From a virus (taxonomy: Duplodnaviria; Caudoviricetes): DNA of 64,000 nt. Made by a program: the position numbers and the translations under genes. The notes below the pieces were generated by a model. That model was not told the origin of the DNA, searched no databases, and saw nothing but the letters and a program-made list of their open reading frames with translations. Position 1 is the first letter of the stretch; each line of letters opens with the position of its first letter. Positions 19,403-29,785 of the stretch are shown in pieces. Location: IMG/VR virus record IMGVR_UViG_2904156775_000002, positions 1 to 64,000 of that record, one strand, 5' to 3'.

Positions 19403-20023
19403 TTGTTTGTTGGATGTGATGAATTGACGATTTATGATTCAGCTTACTTCACCTTTAATTCTGTACGTTCAAAAGACTTGAGCATGCTTAATGTTACACT
19501 TGACGGAAGTATGCAGGAAGAGTATTTGGGAGCTTCGCAATCCATCTTGGAGGACAAAATTAAAGGCAGGCATAAGCCATACTTTCAAGGTATTGAGAAG
19601 AAACCGCTTGAATTAACCGTACATTTTGCCTTCGAGAATGGCTGGACTACAGAAGAATTGCGATCTATTAGAAGATGGCTGACGGAGCCAACCTACTATG
19701 TTCCGCTCACCTTCTCTAATGATCCGGAAAAAATCTATTATGTTTTATATATTGATGATCCCTACTTGCTTCACAACTCGGCTTCTCAAGGATATGTGAC
19801 ATTACGCTTTCGATGCAATGATTCCTATGCTTACTCCCCTCTTATGACTTCCCCGATCTATGATTGGGCAGAAAATGTGCAGACCATCCGCCATCAAGAT
19901 TTTTCAGCTGGAGAATTATTGGGGATTGTTCAGGATGCTTCCGGACGTCTCTCTCTCACTCCGGATGTATTTAAGTGGAGTGACCTCCCAGCTAGTGCGG
20001 TATGGAGTGACATTTTCAAATAA
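19403..20023 (+). CDS. Distal tail protein (Dit), N-terminal part
   Basis: YFTFN..RS.DL, KIKGRHKPYFQG, I.RWL...YY.PL.FS..P.K.YY, F.C.DSYAYSP; directly after the tape measure gene. Confidence 0.8.
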   Translation: MFVGCDELTIYDSAYFTFNSVRSKDLSMLNVTLDGSMQEEYLGASQSILEDKIKGRHKPYFQGIEKKPLELTVHFAFENGWTTEELRSIRRWLTEPTYYVPLTFSNDPEKIYYVLYIDDPYLLHNSASQGYVTLRFRCNDSYAYSPLMTSPIYDWAENVQTIRHQDFSAGELLGIVQDASGRLSLTPDVFKWSDLPASAVWSDIFK

Positions 20024-20047
20024 CTTAGAAAGGCAGGTAAATAATCG

Positions 20048-20683
20048 ATGTCAACACTAACGCAAAATCTAAAATTAATTAAACCGGAACTAAGCGATAA
20101 TGGCCGACAGACTATCTTGGATCTTGCCTCCAACATGGACAAGCTGGATGAAGCCTCTGAGGTATCCTCCCTATCTATTCCGGAATCCGGTTACTGGAAC
20201 AAGCAAAAGAAAATCTATTACAGCAATCCTCAGATTGGCGGATATGTAGGTGCCGTAAATATTCGTTCTGGTCAAGCCGCGCCAAAATGGTCCTCGCTGC
20301 GCCGTGTTGTTGTAGGTGATCCTATTGTTCCGTCGCAAGATAACGGTCATTACTATGTGTGCACCCAATCCGGGCATAGCGCGCCTTATGAGCCAACATG
20401 GCAGATCGCAGCCGGTTCCGTGACAGAAGATACAAAAAACAAAGCGGTATGGAGGCCGCAGCAGGTCTATCGCGAAAATGATATCGTCGTGCCGACTTTC
20501 CCAAGCGATCGCTTCTATGTATGTACGATAGCCGGCACTTCGGGAGCAAGCGAGCCGAATTGGTCTACCACAGATGGAAATGCAACTAGGGATGCCGGCA
20601 TCATCTGGATGGCCTATCGGATCGTAAAATGGAAAGAATCCGGTACTGCCGCCCATTTCCGTCCTTTTGGAAAGATTGAGTAG
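20048..20683 (+). CDS. Tail-associated protein with two W...Y.C..AGTS...EP.W repeats (CBM5/12-like)
   Basis: Two internal repeats; N-terminal TQNLKLIKPEL typical of phage tail fibre adaptors. Confidence 0.6.
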   Translation: MSTLTQNLKLIKPELSDNGRQTILDLASNMDKLDEASEVSSLSIPESGYWNKQKKIYYSNPQIGGYVGAVNIRSGQAAPKWSSLRRVVVGDPIVPSQDNGHYYVCTQSGHSAPYEPTWQIAAGSVTEDTKNKAVWRPQQVYRENDIVVPTFPSDRFYVCTIAGTSGASEPNWSTTDGNATRDAGIIWMAYRIVKWKESGTAAHFRPFGKIE

Positions 20684-20691
20684 GTGGTCTT

Positions 20692-21330
20692 ATGTTAACC
20701 TGGATAGATCTACTCGGTATGAAAGGATATTACCAATCCGAACCCATCATGCTTGCTGTTGATGGTGATGGCGCAATCAATCATATGCACTGGAACGCTA
20801 GCGCACCGCCAGATACATCCGTTGTTGTATTCACCTCGATTTCCTATGACGGAGGATATGAGTGGACAGAATGGCTTCAAGCTGTTAATGGAAGCTCCAT
20901 TCCAGGTATTCTGCCTCACTCGCCAATCGGAGGCTTGATGCTCAGATATCGAATACTTTTAAGTACAGATCATCCTACAGTGACTCCTGTCTTCGGGGAT
21001 ATCACCTTTACGTTTGAGCCTGTTATTGTAGTGGACAATAAAGGAGATACAGAGTGCAAACCAGAGGTTTGGATCACCAAAACAGGTGCTGGTGACTTTG
21101 CGCTTACGAACACCAGTCATATGAATAAAGAATTTAAATTCAGACAACTGAATAATAAAGAAACCGTATATGTGAACAACGAGCTGGAGTATATCGAGTC
21201 AGACCTCCCCATGGTCTACCGTTACTCTAATTTTAACGATCAATACTTAACGCTCTCGCAGGGAAAAAATGTATTCCGTGTAAAAGGAAATGCGAAGATT
21301 CAATTCCGCTATCAATTTAAGCTCATCTAG
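20692..21330 (+). CDS. Distal tail protein (Dit), C-terminal part
   Basis: N.GD...KPEVWI...G....N...YRYSNFND.YL.L..GKN...V.G..I.FRY. Confidence 0.75.
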   Translation: MLTWIDLLGMKGYYQSEPIMLAVDGDGAINHMHWNASAPPDTSVVVFTSISYDGGYEWTEWLQAVNGSSIPGILPHSPIGGLMLRYRILLSTDHPTVTPVFGDITFTFEPVIVVDNKGDTECKPEVWITKTGAGDFALTNTSHMNKEFKFRQLNNKETVYVNNELEYIESDLPMVYRYSNFNDQYLTLSQGKNVFRVKGNAKIQFRYQFKLI

Positions 21331-21350
21331 ATTAGAAAGGAGGTGATAAC

Positions 21351-24300
21351 ATGCTAAGCCAGCTAGGAACGCTGGATTTATCTCTTAAGCCGGCAAGACC
21401 AAGACTCTTTCTAGCCAAACCTAACCGTGAAATCATAGCCAAGCTATCCGAAGTCAGCGGTATCAAGCGAGAGGTTTCCTTGACGGAGCTCTCTACCCTC
21501 TCCTTTCAACTTCCGTACTACGTCGATCAAAACAACGAGCTCGTAAGAAACCGGAATGTGGATCTGCTGCGAGAGAGATATCATTTGAAGGTTGTGACGG
21601 AGCATGCAACGGATTGGTATATCATTACAAAGGTCAATGAGAGTACGGGAGATCGGGGAGATTCTAAAAGCGTTCAGTGCATCCATCTCCCCCAGGAATT
21701 GAATGACAAAATAATCGGCGGCTACAAAAAAGATTCTCGAAACGCTAGACAAGTGCTGGAAGATGTGCTTTCACTCACCACCTCCTGGAGTATTGGTTAT
21801 ATGGATGCGGATTATGAATTGTCCTATCGCTCTTGGGAGTTCCCGGATAATACGCTGCTGGATGCCGTCTTTACAATAATGGAGAAATACAATGCCATTG
21901 TGGAATGGGATACCGAGCAGCGTAAGATCAATATGATTAAGCCTGAGCTGCATGGAACCAATAAGCTTGGCGTATTCTCCCATCAGAAATACTTAAAATC
22001 CGTTGACAAAGAATCCAACGCCGAGATCGTCGTCACGAGATTGCGGCCAATCGGAAAAGAAGGTATGGGCATTGAGCGGCTTACGCCGAGCGGAAGCCCT
22101 TATCTGGAAGATTTCAGCTACTGGATGTATCCATTCGAGCGCGACTCTAAGGGCACTACGGTCCAGCCAAGCTACTTTATGAGTGACGAGCTATGCCATG
22201 CTTTGTTAGATTATCAGCAGTTGCAAGAAAGCTATAAAGGCCAATTCGGTGCTCTAATTGAAATGGGAGATGAATATGCCCGGACGCAAGCCTCAAGAAG
22301 AACGGAATTGAATGTGCTCAAAAATGAACTGGCCGCCATTACTCAGATTCAGCTTGGGCAGCAATTCAATGACAAGATGTTATTTGATCAGTCTACATTC
22401 AACGGCGGTGTGAAGACTGTAAAATTCCAGATTGATCCCAAACATCATTATGCAGTACTGATCAAGTTGTCCGACAGTTCGAACAAGACCGTTTCGGTGA
22501 ATAACATACCGGTCGCTCTTTCGGGAGGCAAGTGGGAGCTTACTCGGAAGCTATTGGGAACCGGGGATGTCAGCGTCTCCCTCTCCGGATCAGGACAAGC
22601 TGAATTATTTATCCAGGTAGCCAACATCACCAATGCCGAATATAGTGCTTCCAATAATGGCCCTGCCATCATCAACAGATATAATTTTGATCATAAGAAA
22701 AGTGAAATCGCAGATAAAGAAACTGTGATTCAGCAAATTCAAAACCAGCTAAACATCATTGATTCGGAAAAAAGTCAAATTCAAGAAGCTCTTTCCTTGC
22801 AGCAAAATTTCAGCCCTGAACTGATTCGAGAGCTTGATACTTTTATTTTTGAGCAAAAGTATGTCAACGAATCTCTTATTGAGGCCAAGGACATTTTAGA
22901 AGAAGGAAAAAAGAAATTTGAAGAATTCCGCATGCCACAGCTTCACTTGAAAATGGATATCGTCAACTTCCTGGAATATCTGGAGGAACAGCGGAACTGG
23001 TCCAAGCTTCTGCTCGGAGATAAAGTAATCGTAAAATACGACGTCTTCAACATGCTGATCGAAGCAAAAATCGTCAAAATCGACTTCGATTACGAAAGCT
23101 CCAATATCAGTCTTACTATAGCCAACTTTAAGGACTTGTCTACCAATCGATCTATGTTGGAGAAGTATATATACAACTCCAACAAAACAACCACAATTGT
23201 CAATGATCATAAGGACAAGTGGAACCAAGCCATTGTCGATAACAGCGATTTCAGCCGTATATTCGATCAATTCTGGGACAAGGTTACGAATCAGATTAAT
23301 ATGGCTGTTAATCAAACGGTCCATATTGGCGACAACGGCATTACCGTCTATGATACGCATGATCCTTTACGATTTCTGCGAATGACGAATGGAGCCATTG
23401 GACTCACCCGAAGCGGCGGATTGCGTTATGAAACCGCGCTTACTCCAGACGGTATTATTGCTGAGATGGTACTAGGGAAATTAATTTTAGGCCAACGGGT
23501 GACGATCGGGGATGAGAACGGCATCTGGCTGACAGAAGGCCCTAAGACTACCATTACCGATCGATGCGGCCGTGTGGCTATGAAGCTGGGATTGTATGAA
23601 GAAAACCCGGACAAATTCGGCATGGTCATTCATCGCTATGACGATGTGACCCCATGCTCCTCCACCCTGCTCAACCGAATTATCACCAATTCTGAGGAAG
23701 GGTTTAAAATACAACAATGGGACGGCCGAGAGTTTAAGGATAAGTTCTATGCCGATTTGAATGGTCTTCTCTTCGCTGAAGACATGACTGCCAAACGGTT
23801 ACGAATCGTATCTGGGTCGGACGAGCTTATACTGGATAGCTATACCAAATATATGAACATCGGCAAGTTTGACGAGATTATTCTTGACGGCAAGCTTACC
23901 GCAATTGAAAAGCTGCAGGTTCTGGGAGAACGTACTCGCATCATCTCCGAGTATCAGAAGCTGCTCGATCAAGCTAATACCTATAAGCAAACCACTCGCG
24001 ACACCAGTATTCGGATCAATACCGACGCCTTTACAAGCAGCTATCAAGCATTGCTGCTCTACCTGGCTCCCCTGCTCACGAATATGGATGAGACCTCTGA
24101 GATTGATCGGGATGAATTCATAGCCAAATTCAAAGCGTACTATGATGAAGTAACTGCAATCATCAATGCCATTAATGACTCCATCAAGTACTCTTCCGTT
24201 CAATTTGGATCAATGTTCAACAATGTGCTGATCGACTACGCTACTGGAATTACGGTAACCCGCAGTGACAACTTGTATCGATCCGTGATGAGCGGCACCC

Positions 24301-25274
24301 GAGGATTTGCTATACAGCGAAACACAGCTTCAGCTGATAAACCTCAATGGTCGGATGTCTTCTGGGCTGACTTAAACGGTATTGTCCATGCTCAGGGAAT
24401 TAGAATTAAAGATTCATTTATAACGGATGGCGGTATCGAAGGCTCATATATCATATTACGTGACGGCTCTAATGGAGTTATGAAGCTTTATCCTTCTGAA
24501 GGTCTATGGGCAGGAGCGGAACAGGCTGCTGATGCTCCCTTCTGGGTTTCCCCGAAAGGAAAGCTCAAGATCGCAGGTAACGGCGGCTCTGTTCTTATTG
24601 ATACGGAAGCAGGAATTATGAACCTGAACAATATCAATGTCATTGGCACGGGCCGAATTGAAGCCGATTCCATTATTGTGAATACGGCTATCGCAGGTAT
24701 GGGGGTTATATCGAACCTATCCGTGAACAAGCTGATTACATTTGATAAAGCAGATACCGTGGGAACGGTAGCCGATTATATTCATATTGAAAAGAATAAG
24801 TTAATGCTCAAGACCGGTATAATTGATAGTCGTACGCAACTAAGCTCCAATGAGAAGCTATTGTTTTGGACAGATTCAAGCAAATCAAAAGCCACCACAG
24901 ATCCCACTCCCTTTCCGATATGGCAGTTAGAGGTTAAAGACAAAGATAAGTTTATACTGGGATTTGAAGGCAGCGGCAACGATGGCATTCCATACATCCA
25001 TATGGGACTAGGCGATGGAGTCAATGGCGACAGTGGTAAAGGTATCATCCGAAAGCCCAACGGCCAATGGAACTTTGTCTACCAGAACAACAATTACGCA
25101 AGAGAACGAAGATTGCTGTTTCTGAATGATGGAATGGAAATCTCTGTCGAAACGGGATTTCTTGAGATCAAGCATGACAGCGGAAGTATGATCAAGCTCA
25201 ATAGCAATGGCTCGATCGATATTAACGCGAATGGCGCGATTAATTTCTCAGGCACTCAGTATAATTTTAAGTAG
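21351..25274 (+). CDS. Baseplate hub/Tal-type tail spike protein with C-terminal gp5-like beta repeats
   Basis: LFLAKPNR..IAKL start, prophage tail domain (KYLKSV....IVVTRL...GK.G..I), coiled coils, C-terminal HDSGSMIKLNSNGSIDINANGAINF. Confidence 0.8.
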   Translation: MLSQLGTLDLSLKPARPRLFLAKPNREIIAKLSEVSGIKREVSLTELSTLSFQLPYYVDQNNELVRNRNVDLLRERYHLKVVTEHATDWYIITKVNESTGDRGDSKSVQCIHLPQELNDKIIGGYKKDSRNARQVLEDVLSLTTSWSIGYMDADYELSYRSWEFPDNTLLDAVFTIMEKYNAIVEWDTEQRKINMIKPELHGTNKLGVFSHQKYLKSVDKESNAEIVVTRLRPIGKEGMGIERLTPSGSPYLEDFSYWMYPFERDSKGTTVQPSYFMSDELCHALLDYQQLQESYKGQFGALIEMGDEYARTQASRRTELNVLKNELAAITQIQLGQQFNDKMLFDQSTFNGGVKTVKFQIDPKHHYAVLIKLSDSSNKTVSVNNIPVALSGGKWELTRKLLGTGDVSVSLSGSGQAELFIQVANITNAEYSASNNGPAIINRYNFDHKKSEIADKETVIQQIQNQLNIIDSEKSQIQEALSLQQNFSPELIRELDTFIFEQKYVNESLIEAKDILEEGKKKFEEFRMPQLHLKMDIVNFLEYLEEQRNWSKLLLGDKVIVKYDVFNMLIEAKIVKIDFDYESSNISLTIANFKDLSTNRSMLEKYIYNSNKTTTIVNDHKDKWNQAIVDNSDFSRIFDQFWDKVTNQINMAVNQTVHIGDNGITVYDTHDPLRFLRMTNGAIGLTRSGGLRYETALTPDGIIAEMVLGKLILGQRVTIGDENGIWLTEGPKTTITDRCGRVAMKLGLYEENPDKFGMVIHRYDDVTPCSSTLLNRIITNSEEGFKIQQWDGREFKDKFYADLNGLLFAEDMTAKRLRIVSGSDELILDSYTKYMNIGKFDEIILDGKLTAIEKLQVLGERTRIISEYQKLLDQANTYKQTTRDTSIRINTDAFTSSYQALLLYLAPLLTNMDETSEIDRDEFIAKFKAYYDEVTAIINAINDSIKYSSVQFGSMFNNVLIDYATGITVTRSDNLYRSVMSGTRGFAIQRNTASADKPQWSDVFWADLNGIVHAQGIRIKDSFITDGGIEGSYIILRDGSNGVMKLYPSEGLWAGAEQAADAPFWVSPKGKLKIAGNGGSVLIDTEAGIMNLNNINVIGTGRIEADSIIVNTAIAGMGVISNLSVNKLITFDKADTVGTVADYIHIEKNKLMLKTGIIDSRTQLSSNEKLLFWTDSSKSKATTDPTPFPIWQLEVKDKDKFILGFEGSGNDGIPYIHMGLGDGVNGDSGKGIIRKPNGQWNFVYQNNNYARERRLLFLNDGMEISVETGFLEIKHDSGSMIKLNSNGSIDINANGAINFSGTQYNFK

Positions 25275-25309
25275 TCTAATAGATAGTTTTATCTTAAAGG
25301 GGTGATCGA

Positions 25310-25813
25310 ATGGCTGGTGCAGCAATACATGGCTCAACAATAACGCCAGTAATTAAACCTAATCATGTGACTTATGATATTGAGGAATATCAGGAAACAC
25401 GACCAAGATATTGTGCTGAGCAAGATCCAGAGCAACCCGATAAGTGCCTCGAATGGGTTCCTGCAGAATATGGATGGGTAAAAACAGGCTCAGGATCTAC
25501 TGGCGCCAAAATTACAGGATCGGTTTCTTGCCCTGCATCCAAACTTAAAATACAAAGCAACAATGTTGCCAAAGTTGGTGACTTCACGATTGAGACTTGG
25601 GTTGCTGAGCCTCCTATTCCCTCAGATACTTCCTCCAAAAAATATGTGAATGTTAAGCCATTCCCACCGGGCAATGGACAAGGAACTATCACTGGCAGCA
25701 ATAACAAGGCCTATTTATCTTCATCGAACATTGCAATGGTTGGTTCGCAAGTCACGACACACCTAGGTGTTACGACCACCATTGCAGACGGCAACACCAA
25801 ATTGAATTTCTAG
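25310..25813 (+). CDS. PAAR-like spike tip protein
   Basis: Three degenerate PAAR repeats: GAAIHGS, I.SNNVAKVGD, SSNIAMVGS..TH; G.ITGS turns. Confidence 0.6.
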   Translation: MAGAAIHGSTITPVIKPNHVTYDIEEYQETRPRYCAEQDPEQPDKCLEWVPAEYGWVKTGSGSTGAKITGSVSCPASKLKIQSNNVAKVGDFTIETWVAEPPIPSDTSSKKYVNVKPFPPGNGQGTITGSNNKAYLSSSNIAMVGSQVTTHLGVTTTIADGNTKLNF

Positions 25814-25829
25814 CTAAGGAGGTGATACA

Positions 25830-26999
25830 TTGCCAACATTGCAAACATATTTAGAATATATCGACCCCACGGTGGGTACATGGAGAAGCGGCCGTCCAGG
25901 GGATGAATACAAATCTCGAATTGATTCACTTCCTGTCATCAATAGCAAAATTACGCTGCTTGAAATGCCCTCTGAATCACATAAAGTGATGATTTCAGGA
26001 TTCAGTGAGCTTTCTCTGGACCAATTCCGGAGAAAAAAAACGATTGCGGAAAAAGAATTTTTCGTTGACTATACTACGGGAATTGTACAATTCCATCGGA
26101 ACAATGAGGGTAAAACATTTACTTTGTCCTATCATGGAAAGGGCCTTATTGTCATTCCCGCTTCTCGTATTTATACGATGATTCAAAAAAATCCAGATGT
26201 CATTATTACTCTGCAAGACTACATAGATGAGCTTAAGATCTATATTCAGCAACTGGATCTCAAAATGGATGAAACGATTAAAGCCATTCAAGATGCAATT
26301 CAAGCTACAGCTCATGCTAATTTGGCAGCTGATCATGCCGTCTTAGCTACAGAAGAAGCTATCAAGGCTACTGATGACGCGAGAAAAGCAGCTGAATCCA
26401 CTCTAGTTATCAGAAAAGAACCTGTTGATACCTTTGATGATCTCATTAAAGCCTATCCTTCTCCTGAAAACGGATGGCAAGTTACCCTTAACTCCACCGC
26501 TGATATTTACCGTTTTAATTCCCAGTCTGGATTATGGGAGCTAGTTGGAAATTTCTTGGGCGGCTCTATTCCTAATGCAACAGACCAACAGGATGGATTG
26601 TTATCAAAAGAAGATTTCTCCAAATTGAGAAGAATTGATGAGAAAACATACTCCAAAAGAGTCCTAGTGTTTGTATTACCCACAATTGAAGTTGGCATAC
26701 AACCCATTATAGCTAGGCTTCCATTCAAAGGAAGGGTTATTGGTGCGAGAGCATTGTGCGGAACAAGAGGTGGAGGCAACACAGTAATTTCTATTGAAAC
26801 TTCATCGGATATGATGAACTGGCAAAGTATATTAGCCTCCAATATTGTGATTTTGGATAACCAGTATTTTGACGATGGAACAGGAAGCTTATCTAACGTA
26901 GAAGTGCCTGAAAACACTTTGTTTAGGTTGGATGTGTTGGAAGTGGGAACTAATGTTCAGAATATTACTTTAGAAGTGATGATAGAAACAACTATTTGA
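25830..26999 (+). CDS. Baseplate/tail fibre adaptor protein
   Basis: FFVDYTTGIVQF, coiled coil, YPSPENGW, AT...DGLLSKEDFSKL phage-fibre motif. Confidence 0.65.
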   Translation: MPTLQTYLEYIDPTVGTWRSGRPGDEYKSRIDSLPVINSKITLLEMPSESHKVMISGFSELSLDQFRRKKTIAEKEFFVDYTTGIVQFHRNNEGKTFTLSYHGKGLIVIPASRIYTMIQKNPDVIITLQDYIDELKIYIQQLDLKMDETIKAIQDAIQATAHANLAADHAVLATEEAIKATDDARKAAESTLVIRKEPVDTFDDLIKAYPSPENGWQVTLNSTADIYRFNSQSGLWELVGNFLGGSIPNATDQQDGLLSKEDFSKLRRIDEKTYSKRVLVFVLPTIEVGIQPIIARLPFKGRVIGARALCGTRGGGNTVISIETSSDMMNWQSILASNIVILDNQYFDDGTGSLSNVEVPENTLFRLDVLEVGTNVQNITLEVMIETTI

Positions 27000-27009
27000 T
27001 TAGAGAGGG

Positions 27010-27747
27010 ATGGTATACATGACTAAACCAGTAATTTATTGGTACGACTCAGCACACAGCGCACAAATTAAAGAACCGTTTGATTTTGGAGTAATTGACG
27101 CAGGAGATGAAAGTAATGTGTTTACTTTTAACATTTGGAATAATAGATATGAAGCATCCAAGGACAATTACTCTGACGTATCGAAAATGGAAGATTGCAC
27201 AATTACAACTAGAGATATGTCTGGTGGGACAGGTTCTATTAATGGCAACATAGTCGAATCTGTGCGAGACAATTGGTTCCATGCACAAGTGGATTCCCTT
27301 GGTGAGACAGATTTAACGGAGTCCTCTTCTCGTATTGGTGCATCATATTCCAAGGTTGTAGGAACAACTGGCACTACAAAGCATAGAAAGAGCTTAACCG
27401 CAACTACTTGGATGGCATCGACTGCTTATACTGTTGGTCAAGCTGTTGTTCCTGCCACAGCTAACGGATTTGTTTACGTCTGCAAGACTGCGGGAACATC
27501 TAACGCTTTTGCACCTACTTGGAGTACGATATCAGGTGAAACTGTAAATGACGGTTCTGTGGCTTGGGATGTAATTGCAATTAATCACACACCAAAGGCA
27601 GGCGAAATTTTGGGTGTGCAAAACAATGGTGTTGCCGCAAATTCTGGCGGCAATTTTATCACTGTAACCATCCAAGCACAAGTACCACTTACTGCTTCGG
27701 CGGGAAGACAAAATATGAAATTACGTCTTTCCTATCGTTATGTGTAA
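27010..27747 (+). CDS. Phage structural protein with inserted CBM5/12-like repeat
   Basis: DFGVIDAG...IWNNR; W.ASTAY.VG..V.P...NGFVYVC..AGTS...PTW. Confidence 0.6.
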   Translation: MVYMTKPVIYWYDSAHSAQIKEPFDFGVIDAGDESNVFTFNIWNNRYEASKDNYSDVSKMEDCTITTRDMSGGTGSINGNIVESVRDNWFHAQVDSLGETDLTESSSRIGASYSKVVGTTGTTKHRKSLTATTWMASTAYTVGQAVVPATANGFVYVCKTAGTSNAFAPTWSTISGETVNDGSVAWDVIAINHTPKAGEILGVQNNGVAANSGGNFITVTIQAQVPLTASAGRQNMKLRLSYRYV

Positions 27748-27782
27748 ACTAATAAAGGAAAATAGTATCTAACAAAAACATT

Positions 27783-27820
27783 AAGGGTGAGGGGTGAAAT
27801 ATATCTCTCACCCTTTTTTT
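27783..27820 (+). terminator. Intrinsic terminator
   Basis: AAGGGTGAG...CTCACCCTT followed by a T-run. Confidence 0.7.
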
Positions 27821-27860
27821 CTTTATATAAAAATATATCCAATACAATGGAGATGAAAAT

Positions 27861-28478
27861 ATGTTTATTTTAGGAAACAGAAGCATGACGAATTCACCAG
27901 TTGATTTTCAAGACTTTTCGTGGATAGTTGAATATTCGGATGGTACACATCTAGCGGAATTTGACTTTGAATCAAAAAAACCAAATAACTTTTATGCGAT
28001 AGATAAATCAAAAGCGATTCGATTCGGCCTAATCGGGAACAATTCGCAAGCTTATTTCGATATAGGCAATGGAATATTTACGGTCAACAATCATCGTTTC
28101 ACAGTCTCCTATGAAGCTAATAATATAGAGTACCCATTGACAGGCAGATCATTGATTTATAATGATTTAATCACATATAAGGATGCTGTATCAGATGCAT
28201 CTGTATTTAGCAGGAAAAACAGAGGTAGATTCAACGACACCATTACTCAATACAATTTTGGTTATAAGAAGAAGATGGAACTCTTAGATGTGAACATCTA
28301 CTATCAGTGTGTCTTGAGTCTTCCCATCAATGGGACTGCATTCTTTCAAATCAAAATTTCTTCTGACAAAGACCTAAATGGTAAATTGATTTTCAGGAGA
28401 AATGGTAAAATAGTTGACGCTATAGAAGCACCATTACTTCAAGACATGTCTGGAAATATGAATTGGACTTTAAAATAA
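27861..28478 (+). CDS. Hypothetical phage tail-region protein
   Basis: Intact ORF with RBS in the structural operon. Confidence 0.6.
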   Translation: MFILGNRSMTNSPVDFQDFSWIVEYSDGTHLAEFDFESKKPNNFYAIDKSKAIRFGLIGNNSQAYFDIGNGIFTVNNHRFTVSYEANNIEYPLTGRSLIYNDLITYKDAVSDASVFSRKNRGRFNDTITQYNFGYKKKMELLDVNIYYQCVLSLPINGTAFFQIKISSDKDLNGKLIFRRNGKIVDAIEAPLLQDMSGNMNWTLK

Positions 28479-28490
28479 GGAAGTGATTTT

Positions 28491-29069
28491 GTGAGTATAC
28501 AAGAGATTGGTTTTGTTATTGATTTGACAAAGGGTACATTTGTAAACACCATGAACAAAGATGGAAAGCTACAATTAGCCGAAATAGGATTAGACGCCAA
28601 TAACAAGGTTATCTATGCCGAGCAAGGATATTGGGAATCCACACCTATTGTGATACAAGATAAAATCAAAGCTTTTAGTAAATTAGTTAAATCCGTTTCA
28701 ATCGCTGGTAATGCTTCATTTAAAAACTATGTAAGAATTTCCGACGATGGGTACGTATGGGGCGACTACATTGAGGTTGGTGCAAATAACACTGTAACAA
28801 ATGACTCCACTAAAAAATACGCAATGATTAAGATTGAAATATTTGGTGGAGAAGGGGATGTTGAAATATTAATCGATGACTTCCTTCAAGCGGGAGTTTA
28901 TGACACTGATTTTGTCGATGGTAGCAATGGATTAAGCTTAATAAAAGATAAAAAGAATATTATGGTGGAAGATACTTCTCATATGGGAAACGGAAAGATA
29001 TTTACTCATTCAGTAGTAAAAGCAGACTTTAAAAAAATTAATAGGATTAGAGTAAATGCAAAAAAATAA
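28491..29069 (+). CDS. Hypothetical tail-region protein with C-terminal GNGKIF motif
   Basis: Shares its terminal motif with downstream adhesin genes. Confidence 0.6.
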   Translation: MSIQEIGFVIDLTKGTFVNTMNKDGKLQLAEIGLDANNKVIYAEQGYWESTPIVIQDKIKAFSKLVKSVSIAGNASFKNYVRISDDGYVWGDYIEVGANNTVTNDSTKKYAMIKIEIFGGEGDVEILIDDFLQAGVYDTDFVDGSNGLSLIKDKKNIMVEDTSHMGNGKIFTHSVVKADFKKINRIRVNAKK

Positions 29070-29086
29070 TTTGAGGTGATGCTAAT

Positions 29087-29767
29087 ATGACAGTTCCAGC
29101 TACTACAGGGCAATTGAGAGATAATATTCATGAAATGGAAATCGGTGATTTCATAGCAATGTGTATTAACCCTGATTATGAATTTGGCACAGGAGGAAAG
29201 ACAGAATGCCCAATAATAGGCGTTCCCCACAATGCATCAGTTGGCAATTATTTTTGGTACATGATAAAGGTTGACAAGGGGCTACTTATAAGCGACAGAG
29301 TGTGGATTCATACATTCGCTTGGAATGTTATCAATAATAATAAATGCATAGAAGGAATATTTATTCCCGCTTTAAACGGATATATCCGTTCTTTGACTGG
29401 CGGTGTTGGTTATGTTGGTGTTAATGGTAATTTATCCATGACACAAATCGATTTATCATATGGTGCTTTTCCTGTAAATAATGAATATGACACCTATATT
29501 AAACGATCTGATTTAGATGGGAAAATAACTCCTGATGACGATAATGTATGGCATCATAAACACATTCAAACAGTTGTTCAGGATACCCCTGTTGCGGGTA
29601 CGCATGTAAGTATTGGTGGACAAACAAAAATTGTAACCACCTCGTTGAGAGTATTAAGAGGGTATGATAATAGAATGGACAGTACCTTCAAAGACTTCTC
29701 TACTGCAACAACAAATGAAGGTTGGTCTACTACTGGATTTCGTCCAGTTTTTGAATATAAAGAATGA
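29087..29767 (+). CDS. Putative adhesin/receptor-binding protein (possible C-type-lectin-like fold)
   Basis: LISDR...W, IRSLTGG, NNEYD, RVLRG...GFRPVF; paralogous to the middle of the next ORF. Confidence 0.55.
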   Translation: MTVPATTGQLRDNIHEMEIGDFIAMCINPDYEFGTGGKTECPIIGVPHNASVGNYFWYMIKVDKGLLISDRVWIHTFAWNVINNNKCIEGIFIPALNGYIRSLTGGVGYVGVNGNLSMTQIDLSYGAFPVNNEYDTYIKRSDLDGKITPDDDNVWHHKHIQTVVQDTPVAGTHVSIGGQTKIVTTSLRVLRGYDNRMDSTFKDFSTATTNEGWSTTGFRPVFEYKE

Positions 29768-29785
29768 GAAAGGAGTGATTAGTAT

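Noticed and set aside
11449-27747. Contractile (R-type/PBSX/eCIS) system
   Set aside because: No sheath or baseplate J/wedge genes recognised; the Dit/Tal architecture is siphophage-like.
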